NCBI GenBank assembly: GCA_049325595.1
Contig: JBMOLF010000012.1
Span: 1 to 64,000, forward strand
DNA length: 64,000 nt
Source of the DNA: Candidatus Babelota bacterium
GTDB taxonomy: Bacteria; Babelota; Babeliae; Babelales; Vermiphilaceae
Direction: 5' to 3'
Below, in pieces: positions 9,533 through 19,234 of the stretch. Position 1 is the stretch's first letter; each line of letters starts with the position of its first letter. A program made the position numbers and the translations under genes. The notes below the pieces were generated by a model. It did no database searches. It had not been told where the DNA came from and was given only the letters and a program-made list of their open reading frames with translations.

Positions 9533-9555
9533 AAGAATTTAACTCCGTATTGTCA

Positions 9556-10167
9556 TCAGCTAAATTTTTTGTAATTTTTTTCTTCATATTTTTTTAAAAG
9601 AGATAATACGTTTTCATCATTCTGAATGTGACTATCAACATGTTTGTTGAAAGTAAAATATTTTACCAGTTGCTCGCCACTACTCATAGTATACACGCAA
9701 CCAACAGGAGCGGCACAAAGACTGGCAGCTAATAATGCTGTTGTGTTAATTCCTTTTGGGGTAAATAGCATATCATATATCATATCATTCAATGTACTGC
9801 GCAAATTAATTTCAATTTTGCTAGTAGCTAAATATATAGCAGCACCTGCCACAACAAAAAACGAAATCCCAGCCAGGCCAAAATAAGCTGCTTTTTTTAG
9901 GAAATTTTTTTTATAAATGGGTGCGTTTTGTTTTTTTTCCTTTAAATGTTCAAGATGTTTTTCAAAAAGGTTTTTATAATCAGGAAAACTTTTAGCTGAA
10001 ATATAGCTACTTAAATCTTTTTCTTTAAGAGCGGCGTAATAAAGCAAATTTCTTGAACCAGTACCTTCTTTTTTTGTCTTTTCAAATACAAATGGTTCAA
10101 ACATCATAGAAAAACAGTTAACAGAGACAAGTAACGAAAATAAAACTGAAAAAAATGTTTTTTTCAT
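9556..10167 (-). CDS. signal peptide + two-TM hairpin protein (family A)
   Basis: KEGxGxRxxLYY, YKKNxLKK, YEEK shared with 8981-9532. Confidence 0.75.
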   Translation of the reverse strand: MKKTFFSVLFSLLVSVNCFSMMFEPFVFEKTKKEGTGSRNLLYYAALKEKDLSSYISAKSFPDYKNLFEKHLEHLKEKKQNAPIYKKNFLKKAAYFGLAGISFFVVAGAAIYLATSKIEINLRSTLNDMIYDMLFTPKGINTTALLAASLCAAPVGCVYTMSSGEQLVKYFTFNKHVDSHIQNDENVLSLLKKYEEKNYKKFS

Positions 10168-10296
10168 TATAACCCCATTTAAATGATCAAACTGAAGCTT
10201 TATGGCTTCTACTTATTAGCTAAAATACCATAATTTTAAATTTTTGTCTTGCGTAGGGAAATGGTATTAAATTTTTTAATTTGATGAATAAATATT

Positions 10297-10320
10297 AAAA
10301 ACGGGAGGGGAACCTCCCGT
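10297..10320 (-). terminator. intrinsic terminator
   Basis: ACGGGAGG-ggaa-CCTCCCGT perfect stem, with a U-tract on the minus strand just past stop 10326. Confidence 0.8.
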
Positions 10321-10325
10321 ATGCA

Positions 10326-10895
10326 TCAGTTATTCATCGCAGCTTTATATTCTTCAAATTGTTGTAACATATCCTGATCACGGTTCAAATTATGTTGCAT
10401 CATTCTATCATGCTTAAAGTATGAATTTACCAGTGAATAATTGCTCATAAAGCTCAATACTCCTAAAAATCCAGTTATCATTGCAGATAAAACATATCTT
10501 TCAGATACTATGCTATACCGATCTTTATTTGATTCATGGACAAAAAGAATAGTTGCAGCCCAAAGAATGGTATTGATAGCGGTTGAAGCTACAGCTTTTT
10601 TTAGTTTTAATTTCTTTATCGGATTTTGATTTTTATCTTTATGCAGTAAATAGTTATAGTGATTTTTTACCATTTCATGATAATAATTAAAATTTGATAA
10701 AACTTCATTGCTGCTGGTGATTGAGCGATTTTGAGCATAAATCCAATTGAGCCATTTTCTTGTTAATTTATTGGGCACACGTTTGCGATTGTTTAAGGGA
10801 ATTAAAATTACTGATGTTATAGTTGCCTCAAGCATTGTTGATGTTTGACAGGCAAATAACAAAAACAGTGCTAATAATTTGCTTTTATTGTTCAT
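10326..10895 (-). CDS. signal peptide + two-TM hairpin protein (family A)
   Basis: RKWLNWIYAQN, YYHEMVKNHY, RDQDMLQQFEEYK motifs. Confidence 0.75.
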   Translation of the reverse strand: MNNKSKLLALFLLFACQTSTMLEATITSVILIPLNNRKRVPNKLTRKWLNWIYAQNRSITSSNEVLSNFNYYHEMVKNHYNYLLHKDKNQNPIKKLKLKKAVASTAINTILWAATILFVHESNKDRYSIVSERYVLSAMITGFLGVLSFMSNYSLVNSYFKHDRMMQHNLNRDQDMLQQFEEYKAAMNN

Positions 10896-11494
10896 GTAGT
10901 TTCCTGTTTAACTGAGCGATTTTGTGTGGCCATTGTAGCTTTATATTCTTCAAATTGTTTTAGCATGTGCTCATCTCGTTTTATATTACGACTAAGCGCA
11001 AGATCGTGTTTTCGATAAGAATCGAAGAATAAACAATTAAGCATTAAACTAAAAAGCCCTAGCGTCATGCTTGATACGCTAAGAGCAAGATGCAATTCTT
11101 CGCTTTGGTCGGAGCAAGTCAGAGCTTTTTTTAAAAAAACGAAACCCGCAGTCCAAATGCTTGCATTTATGCCTGTTGATATTAGCAATCTTTTCAATTT
11201 AACTTTTTTAATCTGATCATTATTTTGTTTTTTATAAAGTAAGCGATCGTAGTGATTTTTTACCATTTCGTGGTAATAATCAATGTTTGAACGTATTTCA
11301 TTGATGCTCGTAATCGAAGGGTTTTGAGCATAAAGCCAATTTAAACTTTTTCTTGATAAGAGCTTGGTTGCTGAATTGTCAATAACTACTGTAGATGACA
11401 TAAACATGAATGGTAAAAATGGTAAAAGCATAGCATCTATTTTGCTAAAAAATACTGTGCAAAAAAGTGTAATGAGGAATCTATTAATTTTCAT
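10892..11494 (-). CDS. signal peptide + two-TM hairpin protein (family A)
   Basis: Same motifs; ATGA overlap with next gene. Confidence 0.75.
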   Translation of the reverse strand: MKINRFLITLFCTVFFSKIDAMLLPFLPFMFMSSTVVIDNSATKLLSRKSLNWLYAQNPSITSINEIRSNIDYYHEMVKNHYDRLLYKKQNNDQIKKVKLKRLLISTGINASIWTAGFVFLKKALTCSDQSEELHLALSVSSMTLGLFSLMLNCLFFDSYRKHDLALSRNIKRDEHMLKQFEEYKATMATQNRSVKQETT

Positions 11495-11607
11495 ACTAAT
11501 CCATGTGCTTAAGTTTGTTGAATAGCATTAAAACAGCCAGAGTGATCCCAGAAATAAATTCTCTGAGGTCACTAAGAAAAAATGCTCTATAGTTTTTGCA
11601 GAATTCA

Positions 11608-12189
11608 TTAATTTTGGTTTATTGCAGCTTTATATTGTTCAAATTGCAGCAGCATATGCTGATCGCGTTGTAAATTACGATTTAATATTCGATCATATTT
11701 TTGGTATGAATTTACCAACATGCAATTAACAATAAAACTGAAAAATCCCATAAATCCGCTCGCGCTACAAAGAAAGGCATATTTATCCTGTCCATCATAA
11801 CTCGGGGTAGATTTACCTTTATTAAAGAAATAAACGGCAGCAGCCCAAAGACTAGCATTAATACCGGTAGATATTAATGCTCTTTTTAATTTTGCTTTTT
11901 TAATTTGATCTCTATTTTGTTTTTTATAAAGCAAATAATGGTAGTGATTTTTTATCATTTCATGATAGTAATCAATGTTTGATCGGACATCACTGCTACT
12001 TGTTATTGAAGAGTTTTGAGCATAAAGCCAATTTAACCATTTCCTACTTAATGTATCTGGCACGGTATTTGGAATTATGACTGTTGAAGGTATATACATA
12101 GGCATATAAAAAGGAAAAAACATAGCAGATGCTTTACTAATAAATGCTAAACAAAAAAATGTAAGTAGTATTTTGTTTTTAGTATTCAT
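11608..12189 (-). CDS. signal peptide + two-TM hairpin protein (family A)
   Basis: Same motifs. Confidence 0.75.
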   Translation of the reverse strand: MNTKNKILLTFFCLAFISKASAMFFPFYMPMYIPSTVIIPNTVPDTLSRKWLNWLYAQNSSITSSSDVRSNIDYYHEMIKNHYHYLLYKKQNRDQIKKAKLKRALISTGINASLWAAAVYFFNKGKSTPSYDGQDKYAFLCSASGFMGFFSFIVNCMLVNSYQKYDRILNRNLQRDQHMLLQFEQYKAAINQN

Positions 12190-12779
12190 GTAGTTTCCTG
12201 TTTAACTGAGCCATTTTGTGTATCCATTGTAGCTTTATATTCTTCAAATTGCTGCAACATGTGTTTGTCTCTACGTATATGATGAGCCATTTTAGCGTCA
12301 TGATGATTATATGAATGCCAAGCTTTAACTGCAGCATATAAACTAAATAAAGTAAACCCGGTGAAACACAATGCAGGCCATAAGTTTCCTTCTAGTTTTT
12401 TAGTTTTACATAATAATTGATAACTCCAGCAAGTAAATCCTCCCTGAAAAATTACTGCTAAAGCTGTTATATAAATCGAGATTTTTTTTATTTTCAGAAT
12501 AATTTCTCGTGAATTGTTTTTGAACATTAAGCGATCGTGATGATGTTTAATAATCGCATGAAAATAATCGATGTTGGATATGACATGCGGATTATTAATA
12601 ACGAAATTATCATACCTATATGTTACATTTAGCCATTGGCGATCTCTGTTTTGTGAAATAGTTGATCTAATATTGTTGAGGTAATTACGTAAATTTTTAA
12701 AAGATGGTAAACAATCAGTTGTAATTGTATTTAAACCAATAGTTACACATGCAAGATAAAATAAATTTTTAATTTTCAT
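12186..12779 (-). CDS. signal peptide + two-TM hairpin protein (family A)
   Basis: Likely start MKIKN at 12779 (AGGA RBS); SNIDYFH, RDKHMLQQFEEYK; ATGA overlap. Confidence 0.75.
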   Translation of the reverse strand: MKIKNLFYLACVTIGLNTITTDCLPSFKNLRNYLNNIRSTISQNRDRQWLNVTYRYDNFVINNPHVISNIDYFHAIIKHHHDRLMFKNNSREIILKIKKISIYITALAVIFQGGFTCWSYQLLCKTKKLEGNLWPALCFTGFTLFSLYAAVKAWHSYNHHDAKMAHHIRRDKHMLQQFEEYKATMDTQNGSVKQETT

Positions 12780-12798
12780 AAAGTCCTGTCCAAAAAAA

Positions 12799-13986
12799 TT
12801 ATTTGTAGTAACCGACTCCAGCGCCTCCAGCTGAACCAATTGCAAAACCTGCGGCTATACCCCCGGGAACAGCTGTTGAAAAAGTAGTTGCTGTAGTTGT
12901 AGCTGCAACTGTTACTCCGCCTGCAGATGCAGCAGTTGCACTTAATTTTGCTGCAACAAAAGGAAGAGCGGGAGGGAAATAAATGGCTGTTATGCCTACT
13001 CCTACCGCAGCGCCTATTATACCTCCAATTGCAGCGCAGGTTTGTATATTTTGTCTACGCAAAGTTTTTAACTGTAAATCTAATAAGTCATCTTGTTTTC
13101 TGCGGCGTGCTGCTTCTTCGCTAACATGGGCTTCATACTTTTTGTGGTTTTTAATGGCTCTATCAAGTTCGCTTTTTACTATATTATCATCAATAGCCTG
13201 ATTAGACTGTTTGATAGCTATTTCATTTACCAGTTGTTGTAAATCTGCGGAGCAAAATCCTTTAGTTTTTTTAACAACAAGATCAAGCATTTTGTCTGAA
13301 AGGTTTATTTTATCACTAGTAAAATAATGCCGTAAAATTTCTTTGCGATCAGCATCATTAGGGTTACCAATTTCTACTTCTTCCAATCGTTTACCTCTTC
13401 GGATGCGAGAATCAAGAGACTTTAAGAAATTAGTAGTTCCAATTACGGTAACCGAATTATCTTTTGGAAGACTGTCTAATAATTTTAAAAAATGTCCAAC
13501 AGTTTTTGCTTGATAATCTGCATGAGAATCATTGCTGTTATTAGTAGATCTAAGTAGGGCATCTAATTCGTCAATAACAATAACAACAGGATGATCATAT
13601 TGTGCTAAATGTTTAGCATGTTCAAATAGACGATCCAATCGTTCAGTATTGGTTCCGGTATATGGTCCTTCGACAGAACCGGTTATTCTAAGGGTAAAGG
13701 CCTGTATTTTTTTGGCAAAATCGGTTGCTATTGTTGATTTACCATTGCCAGCAGGACCATGTAAAATAAAGCCCTTGTTGCATTTGCCTGTTTTATTATT
13801 TACACAATCGACAAATTTATTAAATTCTTCAAATATTTTACCTTTAAACTCTTGTGTGTGATTTTGATAATCTGTATAGCTTTCTTCTTCCCAACATTGG
13901 TAATAATTAGGATCGTTTAAATTACCATGGCAAATCATGGTATTAGTTATAATTAAACTTAATAAAATTACTAAGCTTTTTTTCAT
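12799..13986 (-). CDS. AAA+ ATPase with signal peptide and C-terminal Gly/Ala-rich hydrophobic tail
   Basis: GPAGNGKS, VIVIDELD, GTTN, RIRRGKR; tail IGGIIGAAVGVG...GGAGVG. Confidence 0.85.
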   Translation of the reverse strand: MKKSLVILLSLIITNTMICHGNLNDPNYYQCWEEESYTDYQNHTQEFKGKIFEEFNKFVDCVNNKTGKCNKGFILHGPAGNGKSTIATDFAKKIQAFTLRITGSVEGPYTGTNTERLDRLFEHAKHLAQYDHPVVIVIDELDALLRSTNNSNDSHADYQAKTVGHFLKLLDSLPKDNSVTVIGTTNFLKSLDSRIRRGKRLEEVEIGNPNDADRKEILRHYFTSDKINLSDKMLDLVVKKTKGFCSADLQQLVNEIAIKQSNQAIDDNIVKSELDRAIKNHKKYEAHVSEEAARRRKQDDLLDLQLKTLRRQNIQTCAAIGGIIGAAVGVGITAIYFPPALPFVAAKLSATAASAGGVTVAATTTATTFSTAVPGGIAAGFAIGSAGGAGVGYYK

Positions 13987-14029
13987 GGAATCTTCCTCTG
14001 CTTATGTGGATTGTTTAAAATGTTTTCAA

Positions 14030-14989
14030 TTATAAATTGTGTGGTTCAATTGTTGCACATTTTTGTGCAGTAATTTGATGTAGTGTTTTTGTATATTTTT
14101 CTTTGAGTCGGGCTTGATACTCAGCAGCTTGTTTATTTTCTTTTTCAATTTTAGTTACTTTATTAAAAGCTTCATTTAAGCTTTTTTCATTAATTGAACC
14201 ATTTACTGAAGCAAATTTTGCCATTGATTTAAATGAAGCAGAGCAAAATCCTTCGCTGTTTTTTGAGATGGTATCAAATAATTTTTCTTGAATAGTATTG
14301 GGATACTGACTTACATAGTGTTTTAAAATAGCTTTTCTACTTTCCTGGTTAGGTGATTTTATTTCTATAGTTTCTGCTCGGCCTGGTTTATTTAATTGTC
14401 CATCTATGCTGGTTATTCTATTGGTTGTCGCAATTAATATGATTTGGTTGTTTGCTGGTAAAGAATCAATGCAATTGAGTAACTTATGGTAAGTTTGAGC
14501 ATATTGCATTGTGCAATCATCAAGATTACTTATAGGATTTACTACGAGGCTATCGATGTTTTCTATGGACATTACTACCGGCACGTGTTTAGATATTTGA
14601 ACTGCTCTTTGAAAAAAGTGTTCCATCCGTTTAGGACCTGTTCCTGTGTAACGGCCTTCAAAGTCAGAGCTCGACATGGAAAGATAAACACCTTCAACTT
14701 CTTTAGCTACAACTTGTCCTAACATAGTTTTACCATTTCCTGGAGGTCCATAGAAAATGTAGGCAGGAGAGCAGTTACCTGTTCTCTTTTGCATACATTC
14801 AATTATTTTTTTTATTTCTTTAGGAATTTCGCCTTTAAAATTATTTAAATCTGCCTCTATGTCACGATAAGAGGTTTCTTGCCATCGGTCATAATAAGCA
14901 TCTTTTTCTGTTTGAACAGGAATTTCAGAGGTATTTGCGATTTGAAAAGAGAATAAGAGTAATGCAATATATAAGTGCTTGATATTCAT
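14030..14989 (-). CDS. AAA+ ATPase paralog with degenerate Walker B
   Basis: GPPGNGKT; MSIENID in place of DEID; ATTN; LNKPGR. Confidence 0.8.
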   Translation of the reverse strand: MNIKHLYIALLLFSFQIANTSEIPVQTEKDAYYDRWQETSYRDIEADLNNFKGEIPKEIKKIIECMQKRTGNCSPAYIFYGPPGNGKTMLGQVVAKEVEGVYLSMSSSDFEGRYTGTGPKRMEHFFQRAVQISKHVPVVMSIENIDSLVVNPISNLDDCTMQYAQTYHKLLNCIDSLPANNQIILIATTNRITSIDGQLNKPGRAETIEIKSPNQESRKAILKHYVSQYPNTIQEKLFDTISKNSEGFCSASFKSMAKFASVNGSINEKSLNEAFNKVTKIEKENKQAAEYQARLKEKYTKTLHQITAQKCATIEPHNL

Positions 14990-15012
14990 AAAAAAAGTAT
15001 CCTTCCTTGTTG

Positions 15013-16050
15013 TTAATTAATTCTGAAAATGTATGATTTTAATTTATCTTTTGTTGTTTGAGGTAATTCTTTATATACGTGATAGGCAAGGGAAGTAACC
15101 GTTGCGGTAATGCCTATTACACTTGCCCACCAGCCAAGGCGGGCGTTTGAAAGATTAATTTTTTCTAAAGCTTCTCTTCGTTTTTCTCGTTCATCTTTTT
15201 CGTTAGTGATTTTTTGTACTTTGCGATGTGTTTTGAGTGAGTCTTGTACTATTGATTCAAAGCTTTTATGGTGTCGACTGGTAAGTTTAGCTGCGGTGAC
15301 CAGAAGATCTTCTAGTGCAGCGTGGTTAAAGCCATGTGTTTTTTTTGCCAGCGCTAATTGTTTATCTTTGGGTAAATCAAATGCTAATTTGGTGCAATAA
15401 AAATCTATAATTGCTCTGCGGCTTGCAAGATCGGGAAGCTGTACTTCAACCAGTTTGCACCGGCCAGCGCGAATAAGTGCAGGATCTAATTTTTGTTCGT
15501 GATTGGTCGCACCGATAATAATTAATGGTATTTCACTGGGGATTGACGAAATTTGTGCAATCAGTTTATCAAGGGTTCTAATTTCGTATTGTGAGCCATT
15601 TGCTTCGGTGCTGCTGCGGGTGCCCACTGCTTCAATTTCATCAATAAAAATGATAACGGGCATAAAAACGGCTAATTCATAGGCGCGTTTAAAAAGCCGA
15701 TCAAGTCGTTCTGGTCCGGTGCCGATGTAAGGCCCTTCAAAATCAGAACCTGCTATGGCAAGACAAATACCGCCTACTTGGCCAGCTAATGCCCGAGCAA
15801 AGGTAGATTTACCTGTTCCGGGCGGACCATAAAAAATATATCCACGTTTGCCAGGGTTGGTAATGGGATCTTTAAGAAACTCAACAATTTCTTGTAGTTC
15901 AGAAGGTAAACTTCCGGCTAAGTCGTCTAGGGTAATGTGGGAATCTGAATATTCTACCCATTTTTGATAATAAGCATCATCTTGTGCTATGCAAAAAAAG
16001 CTAAAAAAACCGCTAAAATAAAGCAAAAATCTTAATTTTATTGCATGCAT
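15013..16050 (-). CDS. AAA+ ATPase with signal peptide and C-terminal TM
   Basis: GPPGTGKS, IFIDEIE, GATN, LDPALIRAGR. Confidence 0.85.
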   Translation of the reverse strand: MHAIKLRFLLYFSGFFSFFCIAQDDAYYQKWVEYSDSHITLDDLAGSLPSELQEIVEFLKDPITNPGKRGYIFYGPPGTGKSTFARALAGQVGGICLAIAGSDFEGPYIGTGPERLDRLFKRAYELAVFMPVIIFIDEIEAVGTRSSTEANGSQYEIRTLDKLIAQISSIPSEIPLIIIGATNHEQKLDPALIRAGRCKLVEVQLPDLASRRAIIDFYCTKLAFDLPKDKQLALAKKTHGFNHAALEDLLVTAAKLTSRHHKSFESIVQDSLKTHRKVQKITNEKDEREKRREALEKINLSNARLGWWASVIGITATVTSLAYHVYKELPQTTKDKLKSYIFRIN

Positions 16051-16167
16051 GTAAATGTCTCCAGAAGCTGATATACGTAAGTTGTCGAAATGAAAAAGAA
16101 GTATAGCTACTGCTCAAAAACATGCAATCTTTTTTTTAATTTAGTTATAACTGAAAAAATTAGTTTT

Positions 16168-16776
16168 TCAGGTGCCAAAGTAGCGGTCACCAAAATCACC
16201 TAAGCCCGGGACAATAAATTTTGAGCTATTGAGTTGTGAATCGGTAACACCAAGAACAAACGTAATGTAAGGGAATTTGTAGCGAATAGCATCTAGGCCT
16301 TCGGGGGCGCAAAGCATACTCACGTATATTATTTGCTGTTGGATAATGCCATTGTCTGTTAACCGTGTAAGCAATTCTATACCAGTACCGCCAGTTGCGA
16401 TCATGGGATCAAGGATAATAATGCACTGATTTTCATGTAACTGAGGTAAATTGCAGTAATACCAATGCGCTTGCGCAGTAATTTCATCTCTTTTTAGGCC
16501 AACAACACCAACGGTTGCCTGTGGTAGGTACTGTAAAAATATTGGTAACATTGCCATGCCAGAACGCAAAATAGGAACGAGTACTATTTCTTGGTCAAGT
16601 ACGGTACCAATGGTGGGCGCATTAGGTGTTTTTATTGGTAGTTCTTTGGTTTTTAAGCGGGCTAATGTTTCGTAAGCAAGCAAATGAGAAAGTTTGTCTG
16701 CTGCGTGTCTGAATGATTGAATTGATGTTTTTTCATCCCGAAGGGTAGTTATATACAATATTTTGGGATCAATCAC
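16168..16776 (-). CDS. upp: uracil phosphoribosyltransferase
   Basis: VPILRSG, LDPMIATGG, IVPGLGDFGDRYFGT. Confidence 0.95.
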   Translation of the reverse strand: MIDPKILYITTLRDEKTSIQSFRHAADKLSHLLAYETLARLKTKELPIKTPNAPTIGTVLDQEIVLVPILRSGMAMLPIFLQYLPQATVGVVGLKRDEITAQAHWYYCNLPQLHENQCIIILDPMIATGGTGIELLTRLTDNGIIQQQIIYVSMLCAPEGLDAIRYKFPYITFVLGVTDSQLNSSKFIVPGLGDFGDRYFGT

Positions 16777-16841
16777 GTGTTTTCCTTTTTATTATTTTAC
16801 CGTAAAAAAGTTTACTTATGTTATTCAATATTTTTAGCGGA

Positions 16842-17588
16842 TTATTTTTTTCTGAGCGATATGGGCTTATAGAAACGAGCAACGTCAAGAAAAATAGTTC
16901 TAATAGTGGGGTTGTGATGATTTTTAATTTCTTGAAGCTCTTGACTTGAGAGTTTTTTGTATACTTCATAAGGGAAATTATAGTGCAAGTCTTGATTGCA
17001 TTTCAAAATCGTTTCAATGGTATTTACATCTTGATGTTCAAGTGCAAATTCCAATAGTGTTTGTTGGTGGGCATTTTTTAAATCTAGAACATTTATTTTT
17101 TTGCGGGCAAGTTCAAGAAGAACCGATTTAAACATATGTGTTAATGGTGCTGAACCAGAATTGGTAAGGTTTTTTTCTTGTATTTTTTGGATGATCATCC
17201 AAGGAATAGCTGTCAAGTGTTCTTTGTCGCTGATTTGTTTTATTAATTGTTTTATATATAGATCTTTATGTGGCTTTAGATATCTTTTTTTTGAAAAATA
17301 AGCTTTGATTGCTTTTGAAAGTTTAACCCCTATTTCTTCAGCTGAGTCTGAATCTTCGTCGTCTTCAATAATCACCGTTGCTTGTTGAGATTTTGCAACC
17401 TGGTCTGATGCGTTATTTCTGTTATTAAGATGGGTAAAAGCATGTTTATTAAAATAGGCAATAATTTTACGATCATAAAAATTATAGGGAAATGGTTCAA
17501 CTGGTCTTGGCTTATTTAATTCCATGGTAAAAGATAGGCAATTAACTAACCATAAACAAATGCATAATGTTAATAAACTGTTTTTCAT
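16842..17588 (-). CDS. secreted protein with a single ankyrin-like repeat (family B)
   Basis: Signal peptide; KNAHQQTLLEFALEHQDVNTIETIL. Confidence 0.6.
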   Translation of the reverse strand: MKNSLLTLCICLWLVNCLSFTMELNKPRPVEPFPYNFYDRKIIAYFNKHAFTHLNNRNNASDQVAKSQQATVIIEDDEDSDSAEEIGVKLSKAIKAYFSKKRYLKPHKDLYIKQLIKQISDKEHLTAIPWMIIQKIQEKNLTNSGSAPLTHMFKSVLLELARKKINVLDLKNAHQQTLLEFALEHQDVNTIETILKCNQDLHYNFPYEVYKKLSSQELQEIKNHHNPTIRTIFLDVARFYKPISLRKK

Positions 17589-17680
17589 TTCCGATTTCTC
17601 CCCATGTCGGTCTAAAATATAATACTATATTTTGCTCGAACTAATTAAGATAAAGATAATATCAAAAAAGGAGTCTTTTC

Positions 17681-18316
17681 ATGATATTTAACGATCGAAT
17701 AGATGCAGGAAATAAACTTGCCCAGCATTTGATATCATATAAAAATAATCCTGCTGTTGTTGTTGTCGCATTGCCAAGAGGGGGTGTTATTGTAGCTAAA
17801 GAAATTGCTTCTCTATTAAATGCTCCGCTTGATATTGTAGTTACCCGAAAAATAGGCTTACCATTTATGCCCGAACTTGCTGTTGGCGCAGTAAGCCAAG
17901 ATGGGTCCTATTTTTTAGATAAACAAATAATGAAGCAACTAGCAGTAAGAAAAGATGAACTTTTAGACACTATCGATCTTGAGCGAAAAGAAATTAATCG
18001 TCGTCTTAAAACCTATAAAAAAGACATGCCCGCCTTAGATGTTAAAGACAAGATAGTAATTTTAGTCGATGATGGTATTGCTACCGGTTCTACGGTGCTT
18101 GCGGCTATTCAAACCATTAAACATATGAAACCAAAAAAAATTATTCTTGCGGTACCGGTGTTACCACAAGCTGCGGTAGGTTTAATGCAAGCACAAGTTG
18201 ATCAATTAGTTTATCTTCAAGCTCCTGAATATTTTGTAGGAATTAGTCAATTTTATCACGAGTTTCCCCAAATAACCGACCAAGAGGTAATTGAAGCATT
18301 AGTCTCTAGTCGGTGA
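17681..18316 (+). CDS. phosphoribosyltransferase family protein
   Basis: FNDRIDAG, ALPRGG, ILVDDGIATG. Confidence 0.9.
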   Translation: MIFNDRIDAGNKLAQHLISYKNNPAVVVVALPRGGVIVAKEIASLLNAPLDIVVTRKIGLPFMPELAVGAVSQDGSYFLDKQIMKQLAVRKDELLDTIDLERKEINRRLKTYKKDMPALDVKDKIVILVDDGIATGSTVLAAIQTIKHMKPKKIILAVPVLPQAAVGLMQAQVDQLVYLQAPEYFVGISQFYHEFPQITDQEVIEALVSSR

Positions 18317-19162
18317 TTGTTCGGATTGAAGCTGTAAAATTGTTTGTTTAAATTGAGCATTATTTGCTACAACAACAAAAGCTAAGATTTTATTGAGATA
18401 CTTAGATTGTTCTTTAGTCAGATTATACGATGGAAGTAAAGTAAAATGATCAGTTCGTATGCCTTTTAGATCATTATTTATTATTAATAAGGCTTTGAGA
18501 GCGTTATCATTTTTTGTTTGTAAGGCTAATTCAAATAACGTTTGACCATTATTATTTTTAAGAGCAAATAAATCTATATTACACGTGAGCATTTTTCTAA
18601 AAATTGATATTGTTCTTTTTATTACTAATGCGTTAGCATGAACAGTACCAATCTTATCGATGATATCCCATGTTATCGAACTAATAATTTTTTTATCTTT
18701 TATATTGTTTAATCGACGAATATGAAGGGTTATTTTATCTTTAAATTTCTTGCCTGAGTCGGTGATTGGCTGTTTAAAAAAGGTGTCAAATTCATCTAAT
18801 ATGCGAGATCTAATAGTTGCTAATTTTTTCTCATCTTTGCTAGCAAATACATTCGGTGTTGCATTAATTAAATTCTCGCTAAAATTACCGTCAAGCGGTA
18901 ATGTATTACTCGCTGTATTGTTTTCTAGTGGTATAGTGAGGTGATAATTAAAAGCAGATGGAATAAAATTAGTTGTGTTACTAAATGCGCTTTTATTTAA
19001 ACGATTAAGCATCTCTTGGTCAAAGCTGGTTAAGCGAATCTTTTTTGATGCAACAAATAATTGATTAGTCTCTAATGGCCTTTTCAAGGTATTACAATCA
19101 CTTGCATGGCTATTAATACCCGTAAAAAAGCCAAAAGTAACAAGTAATTGCAAGCTTTTCAT
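18299..19162 (-). CDS. secreted protein with a single ankyrin-like repeat (family B)
   Basis: Likely start MKSLQ at 19162; KNNNGQTLFELALQTKNDNALKALL. Confidence 0.6.
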   Translation of the reverse strand: MKSLQLLVTFGFFTGINSHASDCNTLKRPLETNQLFVASKKIRLTSFDQEMLNRLNKSAFSNTTNFIPSAFNYHLTIPLENNTASNTLPLDGNFSENLINATPNVFASKDEKKLATIRSRILDEFDTFFKQPITDSGKKFKDKITLHIRRLNNIKDKKIISSITWDIIDKIGTVHANALVIKRTISIFRKMLTCNIDLFALKNNNGQTLFELALQTKNDNALKALLIINNDLKGIRTDHFTLLPSYNLTKEQSKYLNKILAFVVVANNAQFKQTILQLQSEQSPTRD

Positions 19163-19234
19163 AACTATCCCAAATAGTTGGTGTAAAAATATAATTTTGC
19201 CAGAAAGTTTATTATTTTTTGCAAATAATAACAA

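Noticed and set aside
11541..11573. Imperfect inverted repeat AGTGATCCCAGA...TCTGAGGTCACT
   Set aside because: Weak stem without a clear U-tract; function unsupported
12780..12845. Apparent overlap between the AAA gene and the downstream hairpin gene
   Set aside because: Artefact of the longest-ORF call; the RBS-supported start is 12779
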